Source: a virus. From it: 64,000 bases of DNA. The DNA is taken from UHGV virus genome UHGV-0038492. One strand, given 5' to 3'. Position numbers and translations under genes: made by a program. Under the pieces are notes generated by a model, which saw only the letters and a list, made by a program, of their open reading frames with translations, was not told the DNA's origin and did no database searches. Below, in pieces: positions 18,902 to 28,423 of this stretch; the first letter of the stretch is position 1, and every line of letters starts with the position of its first letter.

Positions 18902-19888
18902 ATGGTATATCGTAAAACGATAGAAAGAACCTCTTCTGATTTAACCGTAGGACGCTTAACCCGTAGAGATATTCGCAATCCTCAGCTTCAGGCATGTTTA
19001 ACGGGGCCTAACGGTGCGGTGATTCGAGAAGCACTGTGTAATACCGAGCTGAATACGTTCTCTTTACAAAAAGGAAAAACAATCCAAGGGTTTATCATCA
19101 CAAAACACATTTACGGCGACCCAACGTTACACTGCTTGTATATGCACGAAATTGTACCTGGGTGTTTGAACAAACTGAGCCTTCTATTGGTACTTGACTA
19201 TACGGGTTTTACGTACCTTAACCGAATTGCCAGAGGTGTGGAAGAAATCGCCGAGCTTAACGATTTAGGGTTTAGACATACCCACACAGCATATCGTTTA
19301 GGTACACGTAAGTTACTGGATGTCACTTTACCGACGAACGTGAAGAACGTCTCCGACGACTTCTATAAAGACTTAACCGGAGCACAACGTGAACAGCTTA
19401 TGATGTTGCTTGGCACTAGCGTCGTTGAAAACATCAATGCTGACCCTGTAACGCGTTCTCGACAAATAATGCCACAAGTTGAAACATTGGTGGAATTAGT
19501 GCGGCACGTCAATCACTACACTTACGTTTGGATGGACGGTAATGACGTTGTGGGTGTGGTGCAAGTTAAATCACGCAATCTTAGCGAGTGCGAACTAAAA
19601 GCCATTGCGGTAAGTGAAACACACCGGGGCCGTGGGATTGGGCGTGCGTTGTTGTACCGTGCTTTACAGATTGCATCGACAACAGCGGCACCATTAGAAA
19701 TAGGGTGTTACAATAACAACCCAGCATTTAGACACCTGGCCGTAGATTTGTTTAAATTCCGTCCCTACGAGTACGAATTTGTTTTAGTGCGCGACGACGA
19801 TGTCGTCAGTTGGGAGCGTCGGAAAAACCGCGTCGAGTTAGTGTTAGGCGACGAAATGTCATCGTTACAAGGCGGAATTAATGCATAA
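18902..19888 (+). CDS. protein with C-terminal GNAT acetyltransferase domain
   Basis: AAGGAG RBS; C-terminal VVGVVQVKS...AIAVSETHRGRGIGRALLYRALQIA matches the GNAT acetyl-CoA loop. Confidence 0.6.
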   Translation: MVYRKTIERTSSDLTVGRLTRRDIRNPQLQACLTGPNGAVIREALCNTELNTFSLQKGKTIQGFIITKHIYGDPTLHCLYMHEIVPGCLNKLSLLLVLDYTGFTYLNRIARGVEEIAELNDLGFRHTHTAYRLGTRKLLDVTLPTNVKNVSDDFYKDLTGAQREQLMMLLGTSVVENINADPVTRSRQIMPQVETLVELVRHVNHYTYVWMDGNDVVGVVQVKSRNLSECELKAIAVSETHRGRGIGRALLYRALQIASTTAAPLEIGCYNNNPAFRHLAVDLFKFRPYEYEFVLVRDDDVVSWERRKNRVELVLGDEMSSLQGGINA

Positions 19889-20696
19889 ACCAATTATAAA
19901 GTGGATGGGTGGCAAATCGCGGATTATCGACACCTTACTACAAGTCTTACCTGAACGTACCACTTTCGTTGAACCGTTTGTTGGCGCAGGGTCAGTGTTT
20001 TTGAACACACGTTATAAACGTTACATTCTTGCTGACTCTAACCCTGACTTAATCCAGTTGCTGAATGTAGCGAAAGACCAACCTGAAGAACTTATCTTGA
20101 AGTCGAAACCGCTATTCGAAGACGGTAACGATTGTATTAAGTATATGGAGAGACGAGAACTGTTTAATCGCGAAACGGATATGGCTCCGTTAGACCGGGC
20201 AGCAATGTTTCTGTACTTAATGCGTCACGGTTTTAACGGGATGTGTCGTTACAACGGCAGCGGGGGTTTTAACGTTCCGTTTGGTCGCTATCCTAACGGT
20301 GTGTATTACCCGTTAGAAGAGATTCGTGGTTGGGCTAAACGTTGTCAAGAACCGGAATACTTAGAAATTGTTTGTGAAGATTTCCGAACAGTTTTAGAGC
20401 GTACGCCGGAAGACAGTGTGATTTACGCAGACCCACCGTATATACCGCTCTCAGAGACCGCTAAACACGCGCAATACCATCGGAAGGAGTTTTCCCAGGC
20501 CGACCATCGGGAACTCGCCAGAGCGCTGTTTAAGCAGGTTGAGAAGGGGAATAGCGTTGTGTTGTCCAATGCGGATACGTTACTAACGCGTGAGATTTAT
20601 TACGGGTTCGAATGGCGTTCTGTGGAAGTTGGCCGATACATGGGTGCGTCAGGTGCTGCTCGTAAAACGGTAACGGAATTGTTAGGAGTGCTCTAA
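19881..20696 (+). CDS. DNA N6-adenine methyltransferase (Dam/D12 class)
   Basis: N-terminal KWMGGK (SAM-binding motif I of Dam/T4 Dam) and catalytic DPPY in VIYADPPYIPL. Confidence 0.8.
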   Translation: MHKPIIKWMGGKSRIIDTLLQVLPERTTFVEPFVGAGSVFLNTRYKRYILADSNPDLIQLLNVAKDQPEELILKSKPLFEDGNDCIKYMERRELFNRETDMAPLDRAAMFLYLMRHGFNGMCRYNGSGGFNVPFGRYPNGVYYPLEEIRGWAKRCQEPEYLEIVCEDFRTVLERTPEDSVIYADPPYIPLSETAKHAQYHRKEFSQADHRELARALFKQVEKGNSVVLSNADTLLTREIYYGFEWRSVEVGRYMGASGAARKTVTELLGVL

Positions 20697-21469
20697 TGCG
20701 TATAGTGGATATCCACGATTATCGTAATGACCATTTAGCGATTGGTGTAGAAGGTAAGATGGTTTCGTTAACCCGTGTACGCAAAGGGTTAATGGAAAAG
20801 GAGATCATTCGGGAGTCCGAAGACCCTACCTTTATCATCCTTTCGAACACTAATCAGTTACAGGGCATCTTTTCAGGGCGTGCTGACGGTAAGATTTTCT
20901 ATATGTCCGCAATCGTTGTGTTTGCGAAGAAGAACATCAACTTTGCCCAACTCAAACGTTTGTTAAACGTGAAGATGTTTGATGTCACCTACCCTGCTAA
21001 TGACCTAAAACGTCGTGATCAGTTAATGGCGTTTTTGGGTATGCAGCCAACGTCAATCGATTATGACCTTACGATTACTGAAAAGCCGGAAGTACGTACT
21101 GACTTACCTGACGTGGTCGACGTTGAATCCCTAACGTTAGAAGAGACGTTTACGATTCCTAAGGTTGTTAATGTCAACCTGGACACGCACTGTTTAGGGT
21201 TGTTAGCCGTAGGTGCAGCAGAAGGGTTGTGTTGTCGTAAAGACGGTAAGGTTGAAGGAATCTTAGTCTATTCGAAAATCAACGAAAAGACGTTTGCCAC
21301 CGAAGGCTTTTTCTATAACGACTGTACTTACGGAAACGCACTACTAACCACGTATTTCCGTATTGCTTATCTGAAAGGCGCAACTGTACGCCTCACGTTT
21401 CCATACACAGCTCCACCGTCTATGGGTGGAGTTGAGGTAGAACCATTAACCGGCCACTTTATCTTTTAA
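20696..21469 (+). CDS. hypothetical protein
   Basis: 257-aa ORF, ATG overlaps upstream stop. Confidence 0.65.
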   Translation: MRIVDIHDYRNDHLAIGVEGKMVSLTRVRKGLMEKEIIRESEDPTFIILSNTNQLQGIFSGRADGKIFYMSAIVVFAKKNINFAQLKRLLNVKMFDVTYPANDLKRRDQLMAFLGMQPTSIDYDLTITEKPEVRTDLPDVVDVESLTLEETFTIPKVVNVNLDTHCLGLLAVGAAEGLCCRKDGKVEGILVYSKINEKTFATEGFFYNDCTYGNALLTTYFRIAYLKGATVRLTFPYTAPPSMGGVEVEPLTGHFIF

Positions 21470-21478
21470 GGATGATGA

Positions 21479-21706
21479 ATGGAAATCAAACGTATTGTAA
21501 CCAAAAACAAACAGATTGTTTACGTCGCAGGTGATAACGAATTCTCGGCGGTAATCAACAGCGAAAATGTGCTCGTTATCGGTTATCCGGGTAAAGTTAT
21601 TACGCGCAGTCACCAACGTGTGATTGACAAACTTATCGCAAAAGCGAAAGCGCGTGACGGTGTTGGTTCAGTACAAACCCACACGGGGTTAACGCTGGCC
21701 CTCTAG
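21479..21706 (+). CDS. small hypothetical protein
   Basis: 75-aa ORF with AAGGA RBS. Confidence 0.5.
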   Translation: MEIKRIVTKNKQIVYVAGDNEFSAVINSENVLVIGYPGKVITRSHQRVIDKLIAKAKARDGVGSVQTHTGLTLAL

Positions 21707-21745
21707 TCAGCAGGTAATATGACCTCTTAACTGGAGACTTTAATA

Positions 21746-22252
21746 ATGAGTGAGACTCTGGATTTTAATCAGCTCGAACAACACGATTTCGACCTCGGTG
21801 TTCGTGATATCGATGCTGATCATGAAACACGTTGTAAAGAGCTGTTTAACCGTTACGGTCAGCTCATCACCGGTGCCTCTGATGACACCGAATTCAGTTT
21901 AGATGAGTTTGAAAAAGTTCTGTCGTGTTTTATCACTGACTGTCTGGCGAAGAAAGCGTTGCTGGTCGAACTGAACTTAGACTCCGTCGAACCTACTGAT
22001 GCCCATGCGGTGTTGAAAGAATCCATTATCCCAACTGATGAGATTATGGACACTGTCGCAGGTATTCGCGGTACGTTTGAAACTGCCGTAGAAGAATACA
22101 CGGAACAGCTTCGTGAATCAGGACTGACGTTGTGTGCGCCAGCAGGTGAGCCTTTACCGTCCGACGAAGAAACTGAAGAAGCGCGTAGTCGCTTAGCGCG
22201 TTATGTTATTACGTCTATCTTGGTAGATGATCGCGAAGAGAATCTGCTATAA
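21746..22252 (+). CDS. acidic hypothetical protein
   Basis: 168-aa ORF, strongly acidic; terminator downstream. Confidence 0.6.
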   Translation: MSETLDFNQLEQHDFDLGVRDIDADHETRCKELFNRYGQLITGASDDTEFSLDEFEKVLSCFITDCLAKKALLVELNLDSVEPTDAHAVLKESIIPTDEIMDTVAGIRGTFETAVEEYTEQLRESGLTLCAPAGEPLPSDEETEEARSRLARYVITSILVDDREENLL

Positions 22253-22256
22253 GCTG

Positions 22257-22294
22257 CCCCTCTCTCCGTTTGGAGAGAGGGTGTATTTATTTTT
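22257..22294 (+). terminator. intrinsic terminator
   Basis: CCCCTCTCTCCG-TTT-GGAGAGAGGG then T-rich tract; near-identical to the hairpin at 23304. Confidence 0.7.
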
Positions 22295-22350
22295 ACGCGT
22301 ATAGCCGTAGTTATGCACAAGTAAACAAAATTAATTGAGGAAACAATCTG

Positions 22351-22668
22351 ATGTGGTTAAGTGCTATTCACCGTGATTTGCCAAAACGTGAAGTGTCGTT
22401 TACTGTTGAGGACGCACCGATTGAGGTAGGCGTCGCGAAATTCGAAAGAATCGAAGAAGGGCAGTTTGTTGTAATGGATGACAACGACAACGAATTTATG
22501 TTGTTCCATCCGGAAGTTGACACGTCTGAAATTTGTGACGGTGTTCTTTTGTTGTCTTGGCAAAACCCTGAAACCAAAGAATGGATGTGGTGTGTTGCTA
22601 AACCGACAAATGAAGCCGAAACTGCATACGTGTTTGGGGAAATTTATGTCGAGCCAGAACCGCACTAA
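22351..22668 (+). CDS. hypothetical protein
   Basis: GAGG RBS; 105-aa ORF. Confidence 0.55.
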   Translation: MWLSAIHRDLPKREVSFTVEDAPIEVGVAKFERIEEGQFVVMDDNDNEFMLFHPEVDTSEICDGVLLLSWQNPETKEWMWCVAKPTNEAETAYVFGEIYVEPEPH

Positions 22669-22957
22669 TACTGATGAGTCCAATATACAGCGCTTGCAAC
22701 GGGCACTAACTGCGCCTCTAGGCGGCGAGATTCACGATCGTTGGGTAATTGCGAGGGTGGTAGAGATTGATTATTCTCAGGGACAGTTAATGTTAAATAA
22801 CTGCTCGACGAACGTGCCTTTCACGTTACCGCGCGATATATTCCGTCTTACGCCCAACGTTGATGAAATACTGACAATTGACAGGAAACTTCTATCGATA
22901 GAACTTCAGCATTTCCCCCTGCCTGGTAAGTCGGTTAACATTGCTTTGTCCAGTTAA
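22646..22957 (+). CDS. hypothetical protein
   Basis: ATG at 22646 overlapping the end of the upstream gene; track start 22478 would overlap most of the upstream ORF. Confidence 0.5.
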   Translation: MSSQNRTNTDESNIQRLQRALTAPLGGEIHDRWVIARVVEIDYSQGQLMLNNCSTNVPFTLPRDIFRLTPNVDEILTIDRKLLSIELQHFPLPGKSVNIALSS

Positions 22958-22966
22958 CGGTCTAAA

Positions 22967-23003
22967 AAATTTAAGATATATTTCATCTATGTGAGAATTC
23001 TCA
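22967..23003 (+). promoter_or_regulatory. variant of the promoter-like motif (TTTAAGATATATTTCATCTATG) with palindrome GTGAGAATTCTCAC
   Basis: Shares AGATATAT and the downstream GTGAGA...CTCAC hairpin and CTCACTTAACTAAA leader with the copy at 43638. Confidence 0.4.
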
Positions 23004-23027
23004 CTTAACTAAATGGAGTAATCTAAA

Positions 23028-23297
23028 ATGGCTAAGATTTACATTGTTGAAAAACGTTCAGGTAATGTTATTTCTTATCACGAAGAAGGTAAACCTGAAA
23101 AAGTTAAAACACTCAAGCTTGAAGGTTTTGATGTGAAAAGCCTGCGTAAAGGCGTGAAGATTACTTTCAAAGGTTTGATTCGTGCAGGTAACTTACACAT
23201 CATCAAAACAGATGGAACGATGGTTGCGTTAGCACCGGCTACCGCTGCGAAAACGACAGCCGGTCGTGGTTGCTACGGCAGCAGTCGTAAGTTTTAA
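23028..23297 (+). CDS. small basic hypothetical protein
   Basis: 89-aa ORF about 25 nt after a promoter-like motif variant and hairpin; terminator downstream. Confidence 0.55.
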   Translation: MAKIYIVEKRSGNVISYHEEGKPEKVKTLKLEGFDVKSLRKGVKITFKGLIRAGNLHIIKTDGTMVALAPATAAKTTAGRGCYGSSRKF

Positions 23298-23303
23298 GCA
23301 GTG

Positions 23304-23342
23304 CCCCTCTCTCCGCTAGGAGAGAGGGTACTTTTATTTTTC
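23304..23342 (+). terminator. intrinsic terminator
   Basis: CCCCTCTCTCCG-CTA-GGAGAGAGGG then T-run. Confidence 0.7.
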
Positions 23343-23355
23343 TTCGAGGTGTGTG

Positions 23356-23844
23356 ATGACAACGGTATTAGTAACAAAGGATTACATTTTAGCCGATCGG
23401 TTGGTTGATTACGGCGGTACAGTTAAAGAGCTTCCTAAATTACACAAATACAAAAACAAATTCGTTGTTTACACTGGGGAACGTGTATTGGACTCTGATC
23501 TCTGGAAAACGATGATAATGTCCGCAGCAGAAAAATATTTAATTGAAGAAAAGCGAACTAAGGTTGAAGGGATATTTAAAGATCTTATCGAAAAAGAACG
23601 ACTTTTCGATCAGGTTATTATTTTTACAGCTAAGGAAACGTTTTGGCTAGGGTTGGTAGCAGATAAATTTGAAGCCCACACATTGAATAAAAACACGGTT
23701 TGGACAACGGGTTCAGGTCAAGGTTTTGCTCGAGCAGCATGGGCATCAGGCATAGCCGAAAAGAATATCGTCCCCTTAGTAGGTTCGATCGATACAGCGA
23801 CATCACAGTCTTACGACTTGTTTTACAGGAAGCATTTACGATGA
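23356..23844 (+). CDS. hypothetical protein
   Basis: 162-aa ORF; ATG at 23356. Confidence 0.6.
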   Translation: MTTVLVTKDYILADRLVDYGGTVKELPKLHKYKNKFVVYTGERVLDSDLWKTMIMSAAEKYLIEEKRTKVEGIFKDLIEKERLFDQVIIFTAKETFWLGLVADKFEAHTLNKNTVWTTGSGQGFARAAWASGIAEKNIVPLVGSIDTATSQSYDLFYRKHLR

Positions 23845-24362
23845 AAATAAATGCGGTTTTAATTGGCGAAGAAATATTCGTGAATACAAAAACACAATAC
23901 TTGTGCTACGAAGGCATTACTGTAATAGATGACTATTACGGTAAGTACGGTTGGTGGATTCCGTCACCTAACTCTTTGCGATTAGAAGAAGCAATAACTG
24001 CCGAAGAAAACAAACTGGATGATGAATGGACTTATATCAGCTCCGTAATTGACGTTAGCGGACGAATTAAAGACGTCTTCTGGGCTAAAGGTATAGGGTG
24101 GCGTGTTACGCTACATCAAGCCACACCGGTAAGATTGTTGTACGACCACACTGACACTTCGGAGTTAGCGTTTACCATTGAGACGCTCTCAGTGCGTAAA
24201 GATTTAGATAACGTAGGTAAAGGGAAGTGGTCGATTGAACGTATAGAGGAAATTCTCAGTCACTTTAAAGCCAACAACCAATTTAAACGTTGGTGTACGC
24301 TACCTGAGTTAGTAGAAGAGTTGAAAAAGCGGGATTGCAAGCCGCTACCTTTTAATCCGTAA
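23841..24362 (+). CDS. hypothetical protein
   Basis: ATGA start/stop overlap with upstream gene; 173 aa. Confidence 0.6.
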   Translation: MKINAVLIGEEIFVNTKTQYLCYEGITVIDDYYGKYGWWIPSPNSLRLEEAITAEENKLDDEWTYISSVIDVSGRIKDVFWAKGIGWRVTLHQATPVRLLYDHTDTSELAFTIETLSVRKDLDNVGKGKWSIERIEEILSHFKANNQFKRWCTLPELVEELKKRDCKPLPFNP

Positions 24363-24406
24363 CTTTTTACGAATGCAGCTATTTTAATGATTAGGAGAAT
24401 ATAGAG

Positions 24407-24802
24407 ATGACAGCAATACTAGGTGTAATGGCAAGAAAAGCCGACATCATTGAAACGTTTATTGAGCAATACAACAACTCGCCGTATACGCGTTTTAGAT
24501 TACATAAACCGAAGAATAGTACAGAATGGGTTCGCTGGTTCAGGATTTGGGATAAAACAATAAGTAAAATTGATCCGTTATTTAGAATAACGGTTGAACC
24601 TGCTTATTGGATTGTAATGGAAATTTCGCTATTACGTATTATCGAAAAACGTCCGATTGACACTATGACGATGTTTGGGAAAGATACGTATAAAATGTTG
24701 ACCAATGGTTTTGTGGGTAATGGGGAACACACGTTGTATCAGGCGATGCTGGAAATGTGTTTGTTCGATTTAGTTACTTACGAATTGGGGATTTCAAAAT
24801 GA
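24407..24802 (+). CDS. hypothetical protein
   Basis: GGAGAA RBS; 131 aa. Confidence 0.6.
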   Translation: MTAILGVMARKADIIETFIEQYNNSPYTRFRLHKPKNSTEWVRWFRIWDKTISKIDPLFRITVEPAYWIVMEISLLRIIEKRPIDTMTMFGKDTYKMLTNGFVGNGEHTLYQAMLEMCLFDLVTYELGISK

Positions 24803-25263
24803 ATTGCTTCGAATCTAAAGAAATTGTTGAGTTGTTTAAGCAACGTGAGAAAACAACATTCCGTGACCTGTACGATTCCGATTACCGTCCTCTGTTTGCG
24901 GTATTGTTGAAACTGGATAAAGAACCCGAAATCGCACTAGCAGAAGTTCAGCATCATCACATCAGTTTCGTGTTAACTGAAAACAAGGAACGTTGGGTAG
25001 ATGACATACTGGGTCGTATTGCGCTTTTGGAAACGCCGCATCGCTGGGAAGTGGTTATTCAGAAATCGTTGTTCCCGCGTGAAGACATTTTCAACAATTA
25101 TCGTCCGAAACAGTATTACAACCACGACGGGTCACCAAAACGTGCTTTTCTGGCACCCCAGCATTTCGTAACCTACGTAACGTTGCGTTACAAAGACACC
25201 GTGGTACCGTTTGACACCTACCTGGAAATGCGTGAGATAATTTTAGGGAAGAATCCAACATGA
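24799..25263 (+). CDS. hypothetical protein
   Basis: ATGA overlap coupling with upstream gene; 154 aa. Confidence 0.6.
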   Translation: MNCFESKEIVELFKQREKTTFRDLYDSDYRPLFAVLLKLDKEPEIALAEVQHHHISFVLTENKERWVDDILGRIALLETPHRWEVVIQKSLFPREDIFNNYRPKQYYNHDGSPKRAFLAPQHFVTYVTLRYKDTVVPFDTYLEMREIILGKNPT

Positions 25264-25742
25264 TTCAATTTTCTGTTGACGCAGAAAGACTGGCGTCGTT
25301 TAAAGAACGTGCTCAGTCTGCAACTAAAAACGGCTATATCGAGAAAGGTGTTCGTGATACCTGTAAACTAATTAACGACCATCCGCACCTGGCGACAATG
25401 TGGAGCTGTGAAGGTCACGGTATGTATTCTAAGTCACCTGGAAATCTGCATATCGTTTTTGCAACAGACGCTATTGGAAGTCAGATTCCAATGCAGGTTA
25501 TGTCCGAACTTGCAAAATCGGATTTACCTAATTTTTGGAATCTTAGTTTGTGTCGTCTTTATATACCAGATTCATACACGGATTTGGTATATCTTGAACC
25601 TGACTATGGGCTAAACACCGACGACACGTCTTACTGGGCTTGGAAAATCGGATACATGTGCTTGATTAATCGGCCAGCATTAATTGAGACACGTCAAGCT
25701 CTTTACAAAGCATTTCACACAGTATTAGTTGAGAATAAATAA
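25260..25742 (+). CDS. hypothetical protein
   Basis: ATGA overlap; 160 aa. Confidence 0.6.
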   Translation: MIQFSVDAERLASFKERAQSATKNGYIEKGVRDTCKLINDHPHLATMWSCEGHGMYSKSPGNLHIVFATDAIGSQIPMQVMSELAKSDLPNFWNLSLCRLYIPDSYTDLVYLEPDYGLNTDDTSYWAWKIGYMCLINRPALIETRQALYKAFHTVLVENK

Positions 25743-26434
25743 TGGCTACCAAACAAAAGAAACCTCGTAACAAAAAGTATAACCCGAAAGCGGCTGCTAA
25801 CCGTACTGCGCACACCATTGCTGAAAATGCGCTAAACCGTATTACTTTCGTCGGTAGCTCTATTCGTCCTATTGGTCCGTACGCAGGCCGTGGTTTCCAG
25901 TTCACAACGTCACCGCGTATGCGCATGGCAGCGACTGATATGTTAATCGGTGGTTTGTTTGACGAACCACGTAACTGGAAACTCTGGGTTGCGCATCTGT
26001 ACGAAACGGATAATGGTGTACAAGCAGAAACCGTCGTGGCAACGCTTGACGACTACACGTTAAGTGACTTCTGTCAACACGGCGACAAAATCATCAAGTC
26101 GTTACGTGAGACAGAAGAAAACTACTTCGGTTACGCTTTCGTTGCTGCACCTAACGAACGCTATGATTTCGACCAGGGAGAAGAACGCTTACTGGAAAAC
26201 TTCATGCATTCTGGACTGTTAGACAAATCCTTACACTTACCTGAAGAAGAACTGATGGTTTCGCGTAAGGATATGGTAACGTTGCTGTTAGCCGACCGTG
26301 GTCGTTTTGATATCACCGAGCCACATGTACGTAAGGTACAGAAACTCGTGGATAAGGTAGACGAAACTGACCTGGACACTAATGAAGTCGCAACGCGTAT
26401 TCAAAGTGTAGTAAACCAGATTGAGGATTACTAA
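25742..26434 (+). CDS. hypothetical protein
   Basis: 230-aa ORF, basic N-terminus, acidic C-terminal half. Confidence 0.65.
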   Translation: MATKQKKPRNKKYNPKAAANRTAHTIAENALNRITFVGSSIRPIGPYAGRGFQFTTSPRMRMAATDMLIGGLFDEPRNWKLWVAHLYETDNGVQAETVVATLDDYTLSDFCQHGDKIIKSLRETEENYFGYAFVAAPNERYDFDQGEERLLENFMHSGLLDKSLHLPEEELMVSRKDMVTLLLADRGRFDITEPHVRKVQKLVDKVDETDLDTNEVATRIQSVVNQIEDY

Positions 26435-26436
26435 AC

Positions 26437-26967
26437 GTGATAGCACGACTTGTGGGTTGGTTTAAGCAACGTCGTGCAAAGGCGGTCGAATGGCCGCCTA
26501 TTACGCATGACGAGAAAGTGGCTCTTTTTTTGGGGTATAACAAAGACTTGGGGAGATTAGGCGAGTTAATGCACTTAACGGAACGCCAGGTTTTTGCTAA
26601 GATTTCGAGCAGCGAGTTGCGTAAAGAAGTAATTCCCCACCTATCCTTTTTAGGGCAGGTTTATGCAAAGACGACAGAGGAATTTTTATCAACCCAAGGT
26701 AGCGAACGGCCACATATTCGGTTTTCCGTCGTAGGTGAACCTGATACGGTAGGTGAAATCGATTTTAAGATGCTGTATCGCAGAATAAAAGATGATGGGT
26801 TTATACATGTTAAACGATTATCAGAAACTTCTGTGGTGATTTATCATCGCACTGATCAGGATTTGTTAGGGTGTGTTATAAAGCTATCAAATTTACATAG
26901 TTTTTACGTTGATTTACTTACGGACTTTTATCCAGAACCTTGGTGCTTTATAGATGAAAATAAATGA
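26437..26967 (+). CDS. hypothetical protein
   Basis: 176-aa ORF with GTG start. Confidence 0.55.
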   Translation: MIARLVGWFKQRRAKAVEWPPITHDEKVALFLGYNKDLGRLGELMHLTERQVFAKISSSELRKEVIPHLSFLGQVYAKTTEEFLSTQGSERPHIRFSVVGEPDTVGEIDFKMLYRRIKDDGFIHVKRLSETSVVIYHRTDQDLLGCVIKLSNLHSFYVDLLTDFYPEPWCFIDENK

Positions 26968-27166
26968 CGGATATATCATTTCAGCAATCGTTTCAACTGC
27001 GTTGATTGTAGCGATGTTGATGTTCTACGTTAAGACGTCTGACGAATCACGTAGAGACTCCCTTTATCGTGAATGTATGTCAGGCACTACTGTAGATAGC
27101 CCACGTTACGCTGAATTAGTAATGGCGTGTACGGAATACGCTAATCGAATGGGAGGAGGGAAATGA
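26954..27166 (+). CDS. small membrane protein (single N-terminal TM helix)
   Basis: 70 aa; IISAIVSTALIVAMLMFYV hydrophobic helix; paralogous to next ORF. Confidence 0.5.
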   Translation: MKINDGYIISAIVSTALIVAMLMFYVKTSDESRRDSLYRECMSGTTVDSPRYAELVMACTEYANRMGGGK

Positions 27167-27360
27167 AAATTTGGTTGCCGATTGTAGTTTTTATCGTTAT
27201 TGCAGGGGCTTTAGCGAATGCCGAGTACGACTCTCGTACTTTAGAAACGAAACGTGAATTGTACCAGGACTGTATAAAGGATTATACACCGGGCACAGAA
27301 CTTCATGCGCAAGCTGTAAAAAGCTGTGCGCTGATGGCTGAATCGCAGACTCGTTCCTAA
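27163..27360 (+). CDS. small membrane protein, tandem paralog
   Basis: 65 aa; WLPIVVFIVIAGALA helix; shares RxxLYxxC...C pattern with the previous ORF. Confidence 0.5.
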   Translation: MKIWLPIVVFIVIAGALANAEYDSRTLETKRELYQDCIKDYTPGTELHAQAVKSCALMAESQTRS

Positions 27361-27734
27361 TGCGTATCTGGACGCTACAACTCGCTAAGTGGCGGTTAGC
27401 TAAGCAGAAAGGATTTCACGCAGTGGATATCACTGTGAAGTCAGGGCGGAAGGAACTCGCCCCCGACTGGGATTTCCTAATGGCGTATAAAAACTCTGCC
27501 CAAGACGCCGCCGCTGAGCGTGAATACACGATAAAGTATTTGTACAAGCTCGAACGACTGTTAGATGCCGATGCCGAAACGTTGGTCTCGTTGCTTAGAC
27601 ACGAAGATTTGGTTTTGATGTGTTATTGTCCCGCAGGTAAGTTTTGTCATCGTCACCTACTGGCGAGCAAACTTCAAGAAGTAGGAATGATGTTCGGTAT
27701 CGATGTTGAGTTGTGTGGCGAATTAACCGAATGA
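27360..27734 (+). CDS. hypothetical protein with Cys/His cluster
   Basis: 124 aa; CYCPAGKFCHRH could be a metal-binding site; terminator downstream. Confidence 0.55.
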   Translation: MRIWTLQLAKWRLAKQKGFHAVDITVKSGRKELAPDWDFLMAYKNSAQDAAAEREYTIKYLYKLERLLDADAETLVSLLRHEDLVLMCYCPAGKFCHRHLLASKLQEVGMMFGIDVELCGELTE

Positions 27735-27796
27735 AAAACTTTATCAAAACCTTCCGAAAATCACCAATCGTTCTTGATTTTTAAGTACAGAATAGT

Positions 27797-27843
27797 CTCC
27801 TACCGCCCGATTCTATGGGCGGTAGGTGTTTTATTTTTTTTTC
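27797..27843 (+). terminator. intrinsic terminator
   Basis: CTACCGCCC...GGGCGGTAG hairpin then T10. Confidence 0.75.
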
Positions 27844-27859
27844 GATCTTGGAGGGTTAA

Positions 27860-28423
27860 GTGGCCACATCTTACGTACCTGATTTGAGTCTGACCTCAGC
27901 AGAGCTAGTGGTCGCTTTAATCAATCATGATAACGGGTTACAGCTTACACTAAACGAAATCCGTATTAGCGGAACTGTAACAAACCCATCCCCAACAACT
28001 TCGCGACGTAACACTATCACCGAAATCAGTAAAATCAGAAAACCAGATGGTGCGTCTGTTGTGGTTTACTACGACAGACTTGACGCCGATGAGGTATTAA
28101 CGTCCGAACCTATTTTGATTTCGTTAGACGGTACCGAAGCGAACATTCGTGATGTGCTTAGTGTTGTAAATGAATACTGCGGTACGAATTTACAACCTGA
28201 GGACTTACGTGCCTCAGATATTACTTCAGGTAATGATCCTATTGCTATTAACGTTGCTGACGATTCTCCTGCCTGGATGAATGCGTTTATGGTGACGTTG
28301 TTTGATAAAACCGAACGTGCGTTAGCGAACGAAGAAGATGAAATCTTCTGCATCGGTGACGATAGCGTTCTTACATTCGAGGTTACAGATGGCGACAGCA
28401 CTGAAGAAGACGAGACTCCATGA
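27860..28423 (+). CDS. fibre-associated small protein, family member 1
   Basis: GTG start after GGAGGG; homologous to ORF 38024 (PDLSLTS..., ...NLQPEDL); directly precedes a fibre gene. Confidence 0.65.
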   Translation: MATSYVPDLSLTSAELVVALINHDNGLQLTLNEIRISGTVTNPSPTTSRRNTITEISKIRKPDGASVVVYYDRLDADEVLTSEPILISLDGTEANIRDVLSVVNEYCGTNLQPEDLRASDITSGNDPIAINVADDSPAWMNAFMVTLFDKTERALANEEDEIFCIGDDSVLTFEVTDGDSTEEDETP

